64,000 bases of DNA from an uncultured bacterium (GTDB lineage: Bacteria; Patescibacteriota; JACMRA01): NCBI GenBank assembly GCA_963704645.1, contig OY969926.1, positions 768,001-832,000 of the forward strand. The letters are read 5' to 3'. Below, piece by piece: positions 41,292 to 51,257 of this stretch; within the stretch, counting starts at the first letter, position 1, and every line of letters begins with the position of its first letter. Made by a program: the position numbers and the translations under genes. The notes under the pieces were generated by a model. That model was not told the DNA's origin and did not search any database. It saw nothing but the letters and a program-made list of their open reading frames with translations.

Positions 41292-41603
41292 ATGTCTGTA
41301 AATTCTTCTAACTTGCCCGATTTAGCTGAATACCCTAACTTTAACGGTCACCAGATACCTTCTGACGTTATTGCCTTTTTGGTAGACGATGAAGGCAAGC
41401 TCATGGTTTTCAATGGTCATGGTTTGATTTTTCGTTCGAGTCATGATGCAGCATTTTATGTGAAGTCCCAACCTATAGGTATTTGTGAACATGATATACG
41501 ATTTAATGATTCGATTTCATTGAAGAAAATGTCATTTAGAAAGCTGACTCCATATATGCATCAATGTGTGCTTCTTTTTTTAGCTAATGGTATGAAGCCT
41601 TAG
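41292..41603 (+). CDS. Cassette orphan protein 1
   Basis: 103-aa ORF between repeated promoter and terminator. Confidence 0.7.
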   Translation: MSVNSSNLPDLAEYPNFNGHQIPSDVIAFLVDDEGKLMVFNGHGLIFRSSHDAAFYVKSQPIGICEHDIRFNDSISLKKMSFRKLTPYMHQCVLLFLANGMKP

Positions 41604-41807
41604 TCTGTATAGCCTCAACCATGGGGGCTATATTTTTTACCCAAAATTCTGTGCAAAGAAGGTGTAGCCTGCTAGCCAAGCTGGTAAAATGTTTTGGCCA
41701 AGCTGGGTTTTTTCTAGGTTTAGGTTGCTTAGCCTACATAATAGCTAGGTTTGCAAATTTTGGGAAAGTGTGATTGTTTCAAAAGGAACTTCATTTGGTA
41801 AAAGTTA

Positions 41808-42185
41808 ATGACCGATAGAACGATTGTGCTTTGCGACTATAATGTCACAGTTACAGAAAACTCAATTTTGTTTCTAACTGGATTGAAAAATAGTAAAATT
41901 GTCTTTGGTGAAAATGGTAAACTGTGTTTTTCTAGTCAAGCAGCTTTTTCAGAAGAATTACAGCCTAACATTTCTCAAGATTTGTGGAGTACAATTGCTC
42001 AGATTCTTGAAATATGTGACGTTTTGTCTGATCAGTTTAAAGAATTTTTTTCAAAACAGCAGGTTCTGGTGGCAAGCTTAAACGAAAGCTTAAACGAAAG
42101 CGGAGACTTGGTTGTTGAATTTGCTTCAATCAAACCTCTGTCTGAAGACGAAATGACGGCAACAATAAATATTTTTGTTCCTTAG
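41808..42185 (+). CDS. Cassette orphan protein 2, paralog of protein 3
   Basis: Shares MT.RTI, ELQPN.S, IAQI.E..D.L, LVASL.E with 42415-42777. Confidence 0.8.
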   Translation: MTDRTIVLCDYNVTVTENSILFLTGLKNSKIVFGENGKLCFSSQAAFSEELQPNISQDLWSTIAQILEICDVLSDQFKEFFSKQQVLVASLNESLNESGDLVVEFASIKPLSEDEMTATINIFVP

Positions 42186-42414
42186 TATGTAAAATAGCCT
42201 CAACTGTGGGGCTATATTTTTTACCCAAAATTCCGTACAAAGAAGGTGTATCCTGCTAGCCAGACTGGTAAAATGTTTTGGCCAAGTTGGGTTTTTTCTA
42301 GGTTCAGGTTGTTGTAAACCAATAAATTTTATTAATTAACTTGTGTGATACTCAAGTTTGCAAATTTTTGGTAAATGTGATTTAGAATAAATGAATTTAG
42401 TAGGTGGCAATTTT

Positions 42415-42777
42415 ATGACTGAAAGAACAATTAATTGTTCACAATTTTATCTAACAGTATCAAATGGCGGTCTTATATTTACTATTCCGTTTGCTAAGGA
42501 AGAAGTAAAGTTTACTGGTCAGCTATATTTTTTTGGGTCAGATGATTTTGGAAAAGAGCTTCAACCGAACGTTTCAGATCATACTAGAGGAATAATTGCT
42601 CAGATCGTTGAGCTTATTGATATTCTTTTTTCAGTAGGCTTTGAAAACTTTCCACGAAACAAAAAGTTGGTTGCAAGTTTAGATGAAGAAATGGAAAACT
42701 TGCTTATAGAATTTCCTACTAATAGAAATTTAACTGAAAATCAAATCGATCAGATTATCACTTTTATATCTCTTTGA
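42415..42777 (+). CDS. Cassette orphan protein 3, paralog of protein 2
   Basis: Start MTERTI aligns with MTDRTI of protein 2. Confidence 0.8.
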   Translation: MTERTINCSQFYLTVSNGGLIFTIPFAKEEVKFTGQLYFFGSDDFGKELQPNVSDHTRGIIAQIVELIDILFSVGFENFPRNKKLVASLDEEMENLLIEFPTNRNLTENQIDQIITFISL

Positions 42778-43017
42778 TTTTTAAATAAATATATCGGCCT
42801 TACAACCTTTTGTAGGGCTATTTTTTATCTAAAAATTTGTGCAAAAAAGGTGTAACCTGCTAGTCAGGCTGGTAAAATGTTTTGGCCAAGTTGGGGTTTT
42901 TCTAGGCTTATGTTGTTGTAATCGAATAATTTTATTAATCGAACAGTTCGTTGGATGTGAGTTTGCAAACTTTAAGAAAGTATGTTTTTCTTTAGAAGTT
43001 GAATTCAGAAAAAAGCT

Positions 43018-43356
43018 TTGACAACATCATTCCCTCAAATTGATGCAGATTTCATTGAAAATGCATCTTATTGGAACACTCTAGAACCAAATTATCATGT
43101 AGTTCCAAGAAATGCTGTAATTCTGGTGGTTTCCTCGCAAGATCATAGTAGGCTGTCTAAAATTCCAAAATGGGAGGTGGGAGGAATCATCTTGGTACAC
43201 CCCATGCTAGTATATTCTCCTCGGGCTAACTGGAAAGTAGATTTTGTTCAATACCCTGGCCCTGTACAGAGCCATATATGTTACTATAAAATTGAGTCTA
43301 ACAACCTGTGGAAAGAGGCTCTTGCTGAAGTTTATAGAGGAATTGAAGTATATTGA
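43018..43356 (+). CDS. Cassette orphan protein 4
   Basis: 112-aa ORF (TTG start) between repeated promoter and terminator. Confidence 0.65.
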   Translation: MTTSFPQIDADFIENASYWNTLEPNYHVVPRNAVILVVSSQDHSRLSKIPKWEVGGIILVHPMLVYSPRANWKVDFVQYPGPVQSHICYYKIESNNLWKEALAEVYRGIEVY

Positions 43357-43407
43357 ATATTTTTATTTGGTATAGCCTCAAACGTGGGGCTATTTTTTTT
43401 GTTAAAA

Positions 43408-44178
43408 TTATTCCAAACCTTTGGCAAAAAAGGTGTAGCCCGCCACCCATGCTGGTAAAATGTTTTGGCCAAGCTGGACTCGTTCTAATTTTAAATTGTT
43501 GTAAATTTCCTCTTCTTTTTGGCTGAATCCTCCTTCTGGGCCTGCTAGGCAGGATGTTGGTTTTGTTTGGATTGTAGAGTCTTCTGAATTATTTAATTTG
43601 TGGCTCGCAAGCTTCGCCGCTACAGGAACTACCGCCATGTCTAACGGCTTGACCCCTAAATAGGGGTGCTTTTTAACCTGGCTTTCCTCTTGAGATTTTA
43701 TTTCTTGGTGTAGCCATTTTGGTTTGTGTTCTTGTATTTTTTCTAGCCATGTTTTTTTGTCTAAGATTTCAATTTCTGGTATGAATAAGTTGTGGCTTTG
43801 TTCGCAGGAGCGTATTAGAATTTTGTTTAGTCTTTCTGTTTGGACGTTTTGTTTTGGCGAAAAACTTCCGTTGTAAATATAAATTTTTGTAACTGCTGCA
43901 ATAGGAGCTAGCTCGGCCAGTTTTTCTAAATAAAGTTTATCGGTTTGATGCTGAAAAAGTATTTTTTCTGGTGGTTTTATCTGGGTTTCAATCTCTAAAA
44001 ATTCCAATTTGTATTCACCTAATTTCTTATTTATTTCTACAATTTTAGCCTTCGCAAAACTTCCATCTAAATTGGTAAAAGTGTAAATATCACCTAATTT
44101 AGGGTGTAATGAGTGAAGGTGAGAAGAGTGAGTTTGTGAAAGTAGACCAGATTTTAGACTGGGTATATAAAGATACAT
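43408..44178 (-). CDS. rsmE: 16S rRNA m3U1498 methyltransferase RsmE (divergent, with repeat-derived insertion)
   Basis: SCEQS, GPEGGFS..E, LGQNIL SPOUT motifs. Confidence 0.85.
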   Translation of the reverse strand: MYLYIPSLKSGLLSQTHSSHLHSLHPKLGDIYTFTNLDGSFAKAKIVEINKKLGEYKLEFLEIETQIKPPEKILFQHQTDKLYLEKLAELAPIAAVTKIYIYNGSFSPKQNVQTERLNKILIRSCEQSHNLFIPEIEILDKKTWLEKIQEHKPKWLHQEIKSQEESQVKKHPYLGVKPLDMAVVPVAAKLASHKLNNSEDSTIQTKPTSCLAGPEGGFSQKEEEIYNNLKLERVQLGQNILPAWVAGYTFFAKGLE

Positions 44179-44242
44179 TGGTTATTTTTTGTGGTGGAAT
44201 GGTGGGTTTGTCAATAATCTATTTGTATGCAACCATCAATGT

Positions 44243-44863
44243 ATGAATCAAACAAAATATTTAATATTCGATTTTGATGGTGTGTTAGCAGATAGCTTTC
44301 AAGCCATTTCAGAATACGAATATAGTAAAAGTGACAATATTACACTTCAAGAAATTCAAGCTAAAATGCTTTTAAGTGATGAATCTAATCAATTCATGAA
44401 TCCAGAAATTGATCAATTAAAAATTGAATTCCGAAAAGGACTAATGACAGAAGCTGCCAATCATTTAATTAAAAAAGAAATCCCTCTGTTCTTAGATTTT
44501 TTAGAGGAAATAAATAAAATAGAAAATACTAAACTAGCCATAGTTACAAGTAATGCTAGCAAATTTGTTAGGTATGCACTAGGCGATATTCAACATAATT
44601 TTGAATATATTCTTGGTGTTGAGGATGATTATTTGAAATCTGATAAGATAAAATTTATTTGCGACAATTGGGGAGTAGATATTGGTGATATTGTTTATTT
44701 TACTGATACTCAAAGAGACGTCCACCAATTGGAAAATCATATGGATAAATCAAAAATATACGGTTGTGCTTGGGGATGGCACGGTATGGAAAGACTGATG
44801 AAGGTTCTGCCTAAAGAAAACATTCTAGAAAAATTTGAAGATATTCACAATTTGAATTTCTAG
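44243..44863 (+). CDS. HAD-superfamily hydrolase
   Basis: IFDFDGVLADS, AIVTSN, K..K, YFTDTQRD, GCAWGWHG. Confidence 0.88.
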   Translation: MNQTKYLIFDFDGVLADSFQAISEYEYSKSDNITLQEIQAKMLLSDESNQFMNPEIDQLKIEFRKGLMTEAANHLIKKEIPLFLDFLEEINKIENTKLAIVTSNASKFVRYALGDIQHNFEYILGVEDDYLKSDKIKFICDNWGVDIGDIVYFTDTQRDVHQLENHMDKSKIYGCAWGWHGMERLMKVLPKENILEKFEDIHNLNF

Positions 44864-45080
44864 CTCGGTTGTTAAATTCAGAGTTAATATGTTTAAGAGC
44901 AGGTCGTGCCTGGGAAACGTCTAAGGTGGATGTGTAACGGAGCTGTACTCTGTTCTCCATAAATTTGGGAAAAATAATGACCATTTTCGGGGTTGAGGGG
45001 ATTGTATAAACATTTGTGCTAAACTTTTAATGTAAAAACATCACATTGACATTCCCACCACCACCTGCTTCCCTAAAAAA

Positions 45081-46328
45081 GTGCAATATAAACATTTTTA
45101 CAAACTTGGTCATCAGACTGCTGTAGGTTTAGCTGAAACTCAAAGCTTAAATTTAAATGTTGGTTTTACTAGTGGTGATTGGCTTTTTTCCAATGAAAAA
45201 ATTAACTTAGAAAAAAGTGGTTCCTTGGTTTTCGCAGGGGAAATTGAAAAACTTTGGTCAGAAAATTACCGTTTAATGGAGGACGAATTTTACCCTTTGC
45301 TAGAAGAAACTATTGGTAACTTTGTAAAGCAGCATGGAACCAAATCGGCTGGACTTGTGGTTCCACACAAATGGCAGAAAAAAAGCTTAATGGTAGCTAA
45401 GAAAGCTGGGCTTAAAAAGGTAAACGTACTGGCTATTCCTACAACTCCAAATTACGGCCATTGGAAACAGGCAAAAGTTTGGTGGATGTTAGTACAAGAA
45501 AAAGGTATAATTTGGCTCGCAAGAATTGACCAAATGGCCAACCAAGAATTTTGGTCAGACTTAGATATGAAACTACCCAAAGGTGATATGGCTAGGGGAA
45601 TTATTAACATGAAATTTGCCAGAACTTTACTTAATTTTACTGAAAAGAAACTAATTTGGGATCCTTTTGCGGGGCATGGAAGAGTAATTTTAGCAGGTCT
45701 AGATTTAAAAGAAAGGTTTTACGCTTCAGATATTAACGAGGAAAAACTAAATTTGGAAATTATTGAAAACTATAATTTTGCAACTACAATGTATAATCAG
45801 GAATTTTTACGCAAAGCCAGAATTGCCCATGCTAAGCTTCATAAAGATGAGCCTTTTGATGAAAAAACTGAAACCCCAGAACTGGGCTCTTTAGAAAAAG
45901 TATTTAGATTAGACGCCAACTATATCTCTTCTATTTTAGATAAGAAAAGTTTAACTTACGAACCAGAATTGTCGGCAGAGAACTTCAAAGACATGGCCAT
46001 TGTTACTGAAGGCTATTTAGGGTTTAATTTTAAAGGAGCACCACTGCCAATACAAATGAAAACTGAGTGGGAAAGCATTGCCAAAATTTGGTCGAACTTA
46101 CTAATTGGAGCGGGGAAGTTAGGTATAGCCGAAATTATTTGCTGTGTGCCATTTTACCAAGTTGAAGGAAAGAAATTGCTTCCTCAGTTCCTATCAAATT
46201 TAGATGGGCTAGGGGGATATAAACTATTATCTTTTAACGAAAATAGCTCAAGACCAGGATTAGAATACGCCAGACCACAAGCCAATGTGGGTCATTTGGT
46301 TTTGAAGTTTGTTTTGCCAAATGTGTAG
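45081..46328 (+). CDS. Putative RNA methyltransferase (Trm11/TrmG10-like)
   Basis: GIINMKFARTLLN, IWDPFAGHGRV, SDI, IVTEGYLG. Confidence 0.7.
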   Translation: MQYKHFYKLGHQTAVGLAETQSLNLNVGFTSGDWLFSNEKINLEKSGSLVFAGEIEKLWSENYRLMEDEFYPLLEETIGNFVKQHGTKSAGLVVPHKWQKKSLMVAKKAGLKKVNVLAIPTTPNYGHWKQAKVWWMLVQEKGIIWLARIDQMANQEFWSDLDMKLPKGDMARGIINMKFARTLLNFTEKKLIWDPFAGHGRVILAGLDLKERFYASDINEEKLNLEIIENYNFATTMYNQEFLRKARIAHAKLHKDEPFDEKTETPELGSLEKVFRLDANYISSILDKKSLTYEPELSAENFKDMAIVTEGYLGFNFKGAPLPIQMKTEWESIAKIWSNLLIGAGKLGIAEIICCVPFYQVEGKKLLPQFLSNLDGLGGYKLLSFNENSSRPGLEYARPQANVGHLVLKFVLPNV

Positions 46329-46373
46329 TTTTATGTATAACTAAATTAGTTGTTTCTATAGAGTTGTTTCATA

Positions 46374-46604
46374 GTGGCTTCTTTTTTTGCTAACTTAGAC
46401 GGAGTGTGGGTGCCTGTAGATTCAGATATAATGAAATGTGGTAAAAATTACTACTCATATGTAATTAGAGTAGCTGAGTTTGATAATACATTTATTGCTC
46501 ATGGTGCAAGTAAAGGATCAGGATATAACTTTTTGGCAGAAGGCCAAAGTCTTGAAGAATCTTTAGTTCAAGCAAAGAATAATTTTGATTTAATCTTACA
46601 ATAA
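46374..46604 (+). CDS. Small orphan cassette protein
   Basis: 76-aa ORF; promoter and ccctcc/ggaggg terminator related to those of 50580 and 51258. Confidence 0.6.
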   Translation: MASFFANLDGVWVPVDSDIMKCGKNYYSYVIRVAEFDNTFIAHGASKGSGYNFLAEGQSLEESLVQAKNNFDLILQ

Positions 46605-46664
46605 AAACCCTCCAACTGGAGGGAATTACTTTTGATATTTTTCTATGTGTTTTAAGAATTTGTA

Positions 46665-49256
46665 CTAGTTTCTGCTTCTGGTCCAAAGTTTGTTGTCTGT
46701 TCCACGGGCAAATTGATATTGCTTGCCGTTGAATGAAAACTGACTTGGTGTGTCTGAAATTGTAATGTTGTTACCCTGAATCCAGTTTGAATGAGCGGAA
46801 ATGTTGGTACTAGGATTGTGGTTTCTGTGATATAATTTGTTATCTATACCCATTCCAACTTCTGTAAATTGGTTTGCAAAAACACCAAAAGTTGCAGAAC
46901 GATTACTGTTTAAAGATTGCACCAAGTATGGATAACTAGATCCAAAGTCTGTAGTGTAGAAAGAATATGGACTATCTTTCTTTTTTACAGATATAGCTAA
47001 TTTACTACCAACTATAGCTGGTTTAGATATTTCTGTGTAAGTTGTGCTGTCTACTCTAGTCCAGCTTCCCCATACTTCAGACGTGTCTGTAGTTCTGTAG
47101 TATAAACCGAAATCTGTTCCAATTGCAATTTGATATAATTTAGAATTTGCTACGCCTCCTTGAACTGTAACGTTTACAGTAATATTTCCAGCTTTGTTCC
47201 AAGTAGGATTAACATAGTTAGTTGGGCTGAATGTGCTAAATTTAGCTACATAATTTCCATTGTCGGTTCCTGTGGCATACAACCAATATTTTCCATTAAA
47301 ATTGTGAACAGAAACTCTGTCTTTAATAGTTATCCATCCAAATCTTCTCCATTTTTCACCTCCAGCTTCACCGACCTTCCAAAAATATAACCCGTTGTCT
47401 GTACCTTGTGCGAATACATATAAATCACCGTTAGGATCTACACTTAAAGTAGGTGTGCTTTTGGCTGTAATTGCACCTAATCTTTGCCAATTACCAAACA
47501 CATTATTTGTATCCATGCTTCTTAAGTACAAACCAGAGTCTGTTCCAAAAGCTACCTGATACATTTTAGAATTATAAATAATTTCCTCTGTTTTACTAGC
47601 AATAGTTATAGGGTTAGCAGACCAAACTCCAAAGGGTTGATAGGAGATTACACTTGTAACAGTGTTGTAAGTTCCTCCATTAATACTTACTTGAACATTG
47701 CGTGCAGCTGTGGTATTTATGCTTCCCATTGGGATGCTTGGAAAAACTAATATATTGTCGAATACATATGCATTTGTAGTGCTATTTCCAGACCCTGCAA
47801 TTTGTGCTCTGGCTTCTGTTGGTAAGGTAAAAGTTAAACCTTTAACCAATAAGAAGCTACAGTAGTATGAATTTTGTTCTGCCGTACCTGTGGTGTTTTG
47901 AACACAATAAGGATTCTCGCTGCTAATATTGCTAGAAGTTATTACTGTGTCGGTATATGGGGTTGCACAGTTTAATTTAAATAAGTCGCTGATGCTGTAG
48001 TTTGTAAATACGAACTGATTTGAACTATTTCTTACAATTTGTAAATCGTAACCATTTAAACTTCCAACAGGCATAACATATTGCATGCTTGCATCAGATA
48101 TTTTGAATCTTTTGAAGTCGTTATGATTGTAAATGTAAATGTAGCTATTATTAGATTCTACAATTACTTTGTGCTCAATCATATCGCCAATAGTTTCAGT
48201 ATAAGTAAATGTTGGAGTAGTAGAGAATGGATAACTATCTGTGTCTGAAATTCTTTTTACGTTAACATTTCTACTTGTATTACCATAAGTTATATATACT
48301 CCACCGCCACTAACTCCATTTGGAACATCGGTTATTCCTAATAAAACATTTACGCTAGAATTACTGCTATACTGGAAATCTGCTTTCTTGGTTCCATCTG
48401 CGTTTAATATTACAATGTAATGATTATTGGAAGGGGTTGAGCTGTATTTTTTAACAAGTGGTATATAAATTAAACCAGAGTTGGAGATTACAGCCGAATA
48501 AATAGAGTATTCATGATCAGAACCATAATTAGTATTTTTAGGTAGGGTAAATGTGTTTAAAACAGAACCTGTTCCAGAAATTTTATCTATTTTAATATCT
48601 CCGGTTGATACAATATAAAAAATGTATAAATTACCTGCATCATCAATTTTTAAACCCTCAGAGTAAACACCTTTGGTGAAGCTGCTGGCACTGTAAATTA
48701 AATTATAGTTGCTTGTTCCATTTGGAACTTTGTAAACTTCATAGTTATTATTACTTAAATTGTAATTTAACTGAAAAGCATCTCCCGATGCGTTAGCAAC
48801 AATATTATCTGTGTATAAATTACTGCTAATAGTAATGGCAGTTTCAACACCTGAACTATTAATTCTTGAAAACTTACTTTGATCTGTACTATAATTATAA
48901 CCAGAAGTGTATGTATTTCCAACTCCATCTGCAGCTAAAGATACTGTTGATGGTGAAGATTGTGTGGCAAAATAATTAGCTGAACAAACATAGCTTGGGG
49001 CAACTGCTTGTAAACTTGTAGACTGTAATTTAGTAGTATTTTTTGCTGTAGATACATTATTTTTTTCCTCTTTACCCCAGCCAGTGTCTAGAACATTTTG
49101 TGGAAGTACTGACCTAGATTTCTGAGGGCTAGAGTAGGTAGGGGTTGAAATAGGTGTATTTACTTCACCTTCAGCAGAAACCTGAAGTGAGGGAGATAGG
49201 GTTAATGCTAAACCTGCTACTAGCAGCGAACTTAGCAATTTGTATGCAAATGACAT
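46665..49256 (-). CDS. Secreted protein with N-terminal beta-propeller and C-terminal lectin-like (PLL/fucose-lectin-type) repeats
   Basis: Signal peptide; repeated A.GTD.GLY...W units. Confidence 0.75.
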   Translation of the reverse strand: MSFAYKLLSSLLVAGLALTLSPSLQVSAEGEVNTPISTPTYSSPQKSRSVLPQNVLDTGWGKEEKNNVSTAKNTTKLQSTSLQAVAPSYVCSANYFATQSSPSTVSLAADGVGNTYTSGYNYSTDQSKFSRINSSGVETAITISSNLYTDNIVANASGDAFQLNYNLSNNNYEVYKVPNGTSNYNLIYSASSFTKGVYSEGLKIDDAGNLYIFYIVSTGDIKIDKISGTGSVLNTFTLPKNTNYGSDHEYSIYSAVISNSGLIYIPLVKKYSSTPSNNHYIVILNADGTKKADFQYSSNSSVNVLLGITDVPNGVSGGGVYITYGNTSRNVNVKRISDTDSYPFSTTPTFTYTETIGDMIEHKVIVESNNSYIYIYNHNDFKRFKISDASMQYVMPVGSLNGYDLQIVRNSSNQFVFTNYSISDLFKLNCATPYTDTVITSSNISSENPYCVQNTTGTAEQNSYYCSFLLVKGLTFTLPTEARAQIAGSGNSTTNAYVFDNILVFPSIPMGSINTTAARNVQVSINGGTYNTVTSVISYQPFGVWSANPITIASKTEEIIYNSKMYQVAFGTDSGLYLRSMDTNNVFGNWQRLGAITAKSTPTLSVDPNGDLYVFAQGTDNGLYFWKVGEAGGEKWRRFGWITIKDRVSVHNFNGKYWLYATGTDNGNYVAKFSTFSPTNYVNPTWNKAGNITVNVTVQGGVANSKLYQIAIGTDFGLYYRTTDTSEVWGSWTRVDSTTYTEISKPAIVGSKLAISVKKKDSPYSFYTTDFGSSYPYLVQSLNSNRSATFGVFANQFTEVGMGIDNKLYHRNHNPSTNISAHSNWIQGNNITISDTPSQFSFNGKQYQFARGTDNKLWTRSRN

Positions 49257-49336
49257 AGTTTGTTATAAACATACAAATTATAGTTTGTCTAGGTAAGTTT
49301 GAAGTGTTAGTTTAGGTTGCTAAATTGTTGTTGTAG

Positions 49337-50475
49337 TGAACAAGTCCAAACACATATGATACCAAAGGGTGGTAGATTAATAATCCTAAATCTACTATCA
49401 TATGATCATGTCTTACACTTTGGAAGATAAATTTAAAATAATTGAATACTCATTTAAGCATGGTATTAATTCTACATTAGAAGCATTATCTCTAGATTCA
49501 AATCGTAAACTTTCCAGAATAACTTTAATTAGGTGGAGGAAGAAATGGAGAAAAAGTTGTGAACTTAATTATGGAGCTGGTAACAAATACGATTTAAAGG
49601 ATAAAAGCAAAAGACCTAATAAATTTAGACAGTCAAATGTACAAGGGAGAATACTTGAGTTTATTCAACAAACTAGATTGCAATATCCTAATCTAGGTAA
49701 AGACAAACTTAAAGTATTGTTAGATGATTACTGTGCAGAACAAAATCTAAAAGAAACAAGTAAAACACTAAAAACTATTTCAATTTCAACTATCGGCAGA
49801 ATAATATCTACTTTTAAAGATCAAAGAATAATACCAGTCTACAAATACTCAAAGCAAGTCTATTTAGACGGTAGAACAGGAAGTATTAAACAAAGACTAC
49901 TAAAACCTAGGAAGCAAGTTAAAACCAGAAGAAAAGAATACCAGCCTAATAGCCCAGGAGATCTAATTCAATTAGACGCAATAACCTTTTATCTTAATGG
50001 AGTAAAAAGATATTTAATCTGTGCTGTAGATCTAGTTAGTAGATATTCTTTCGTATATGCTTACAAAACATTAAGTAGTAATAGTACAAAAGACTTCTTC
50101 TTAAGAATGCAAGATGTATTCCCTTACCAGATTAAAAGAGTTCAGACAGACAATGGACAAGAAAATCATAAGAACTTTGATGAACTGTTAAAATTTAAAG
50201 ATATTACTCATTTCTGGAACTATCCTAAATCTCCTAAAATGAATGCTTACATAGAAAGATTCAATAGAAGTGTGGAAGAAGAGTTTGCTAATTATAATCT
50301 ATGGATACTAAGAGATGATATACAAGCTTTTAATCTAAAATTAATCATGTACCTAGACTTCTACAATAACCAAAGACCACATCTGGGTTTAAAAAGAGAT
50401 ATTGGACAATTTATACCACCAATGAAATACCTACAACAATACCATCCTAAGTATCATATGTAGTGAACGGGTACA
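49337..50475 (+). mobile_element. IS481-family insertion sequence
   Basis: Imperfect ~25-bp terminal inverted repeats sharing acatatgatac; TGTAG direct repeat at 49332-49336 and 50476-50480. Confidence 0.8.
49402..50463 (+). CDS. IS481-family DDE transposase (integrase core)
   Basis: PGDLIQLD, AVDLVSR, VQTDNG.E, PKMNAYIERFNR, YNNQRPHLGL. Confidence 0.92.
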   Translation: MIMSYTLEDKFKIIEYSFKHGINSTLEALSLDSNRKLSRITLIRWRKKWRKSCELNYGAGNKYDLKDKSKRPNKFRQSNVQGRILEFIQQTRLQYPNLGKDKLKVLLDDYCAEQNLKETSKTLKTISISTIGRIISTFKDQRIIPVYKYSKQVYLDGRTGSIKQRLLKPRKQVKTRRKEYQPNSPGDLIQLDAITFYLNGVKRYLICAVDLVSRYSFVYAYKTLSSNSTKDFFLRMQDVFPYQIKRVQTDNGQENHKNFDELLKFKDITHFWNYPKSPKMNAYIERFNRSVEEEFANYNLWILRDDIQAFNLKLIMYLDFYNNQRPHLGLKRDIGQFIPPMKYLQQYHPKYHM

Positions 50476-50494
50476 TGTAGACATAATAAATAAT

Positions 50495-50554
50495 TCTTGC
50501 AAAAACAGTTTTTATATGCATAACTAAAATTAGTTTCTGTTTTAGTACAGGAAA
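50495..50554 (+). promoter_or_regulatory. 60-bp promoter block, identical to 51173-51232
   Basis: tcttgcaaaaacagtttttatatgcataactaaaattagtttctgttttagtacaggaaa; TTGCAA -35-like box. Confidence 0.8.
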
Positions 50555-50579
50555 TGTTAAATTTAAAAAGTGAGGTTTT

Positions 50580-51038
50580 ATGAGTACAGATTTGGAATAT
50601 TACAGACCTGAAAATCTAGAAGAAGTTCTTACTTCTTACAGTGTAGAAGAACTCCAATACATCGCTTCAAACCGTCCAGATATTATATTGGGGTGGCAAG
50701 AATTGTACAGACAAAATCTTTTCTCACACATTGTAGATGCTGGGTTTTCAGACAATCTGGGGCGGGTCTTGGTTAGCCTTATTGGTCTAGATCAGCGAGT
50801 CCGAAATGTTTTCCCCAAACCATGCTGTAATATTTGGGGATCTTATGAATTCCTTGCTGATCAGCTAAATCAGTGTGGTATAAACAGTAGAGCGGCTTGG
50901 TTCCTTTTTGCCAATCCTCATCTCTTGGATATGAACATAATTCAATTGCATTCTGAGCTTTTGCATAATCGCGAATTTGAAGAGGTTGCAGAGAGCATTC
51001 TTGGGCGTAAAGTTTTGTACGCAGAGGATCTGTTGTAA
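50580..51038 (+). CDS. Orphan cassette protein
   Basis: 152-aa ORF, GAGG RBS-like motif, followed by ccctcc/ggaggg terminator. Confidence 0.7.
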   Translation: MSTDLEYYRPENLEEVLTSYSVEELQYIASNRPDIILGWQELYRQNLFSHIVDAGFSDNLGRVLVSLIGLDQRVRNVFPKPCCNIWGSYEFLADQLNQCGINSRAAWFLFANPHLLDMNIIQLHSELLHNREFEEVAESILGRKVLYAEDLL

Positions 51039-51103
51039 TATAGCAATTGTCGAAGAGATTAATTTTATTTATCTTTTGTTAACCTTTTTAAAATTAACAA
51101 TCT

Positions 51104-51131
51104 AACCCTCCAGCCGGAGGGAATTTCTTTT
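51104..51131 (+). terminator. Intrinsic terminator, family shared with 46606 and 51610
   Basis: ccctcc-agcc-ggaggg followed by T-rich tail. Confidence 0.75.
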
Positions 51132-51257
51132 GAGTGAAAAACTAACAAAGTTTAACTAGACTAAAGATTAACTCTTGCAAAAACAGTTTTTATATGCATA
51201 ACTAAAATTAGTTTCTGTTTTAGTACAGGAAAGTTTAATTTAAAAAAAGGTAAAGCT

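Larger units (their letters stand above)
41215..43505 (+). repeat. Tandem array of four promoter-ORF-terminator cassettes separated by copies of the rsmE 3' end
   Basis: gtttgcaaa promoter motif at 41215, 41749, 42356, 42961; terminators at 41609, 42194, 42797, 43372; rsmE-end copies at 41637, 42221, 42825. Confidence 0.9.

Noticed and set aside
42839-43021. 60-aa ORF in the ORF track
   Set aside because: It is the antisense reading of an rsmE relic plus the cassette promoter.
41600-43400. CRISPR array or classical integron attC array
   Set aside because: Repeats are ~100-150 bp, derive from rsmE coding sequence and terminators, and are spaced by whole genes. No cas or tyrosine integrase gene is in the window and I found no consistent attC core sites.
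41637-43505. Diversity-generating retroelement template/variable repeats
   Set aside because: No reverse transcriptase in the window, and differences between copies are not confined to adenines.
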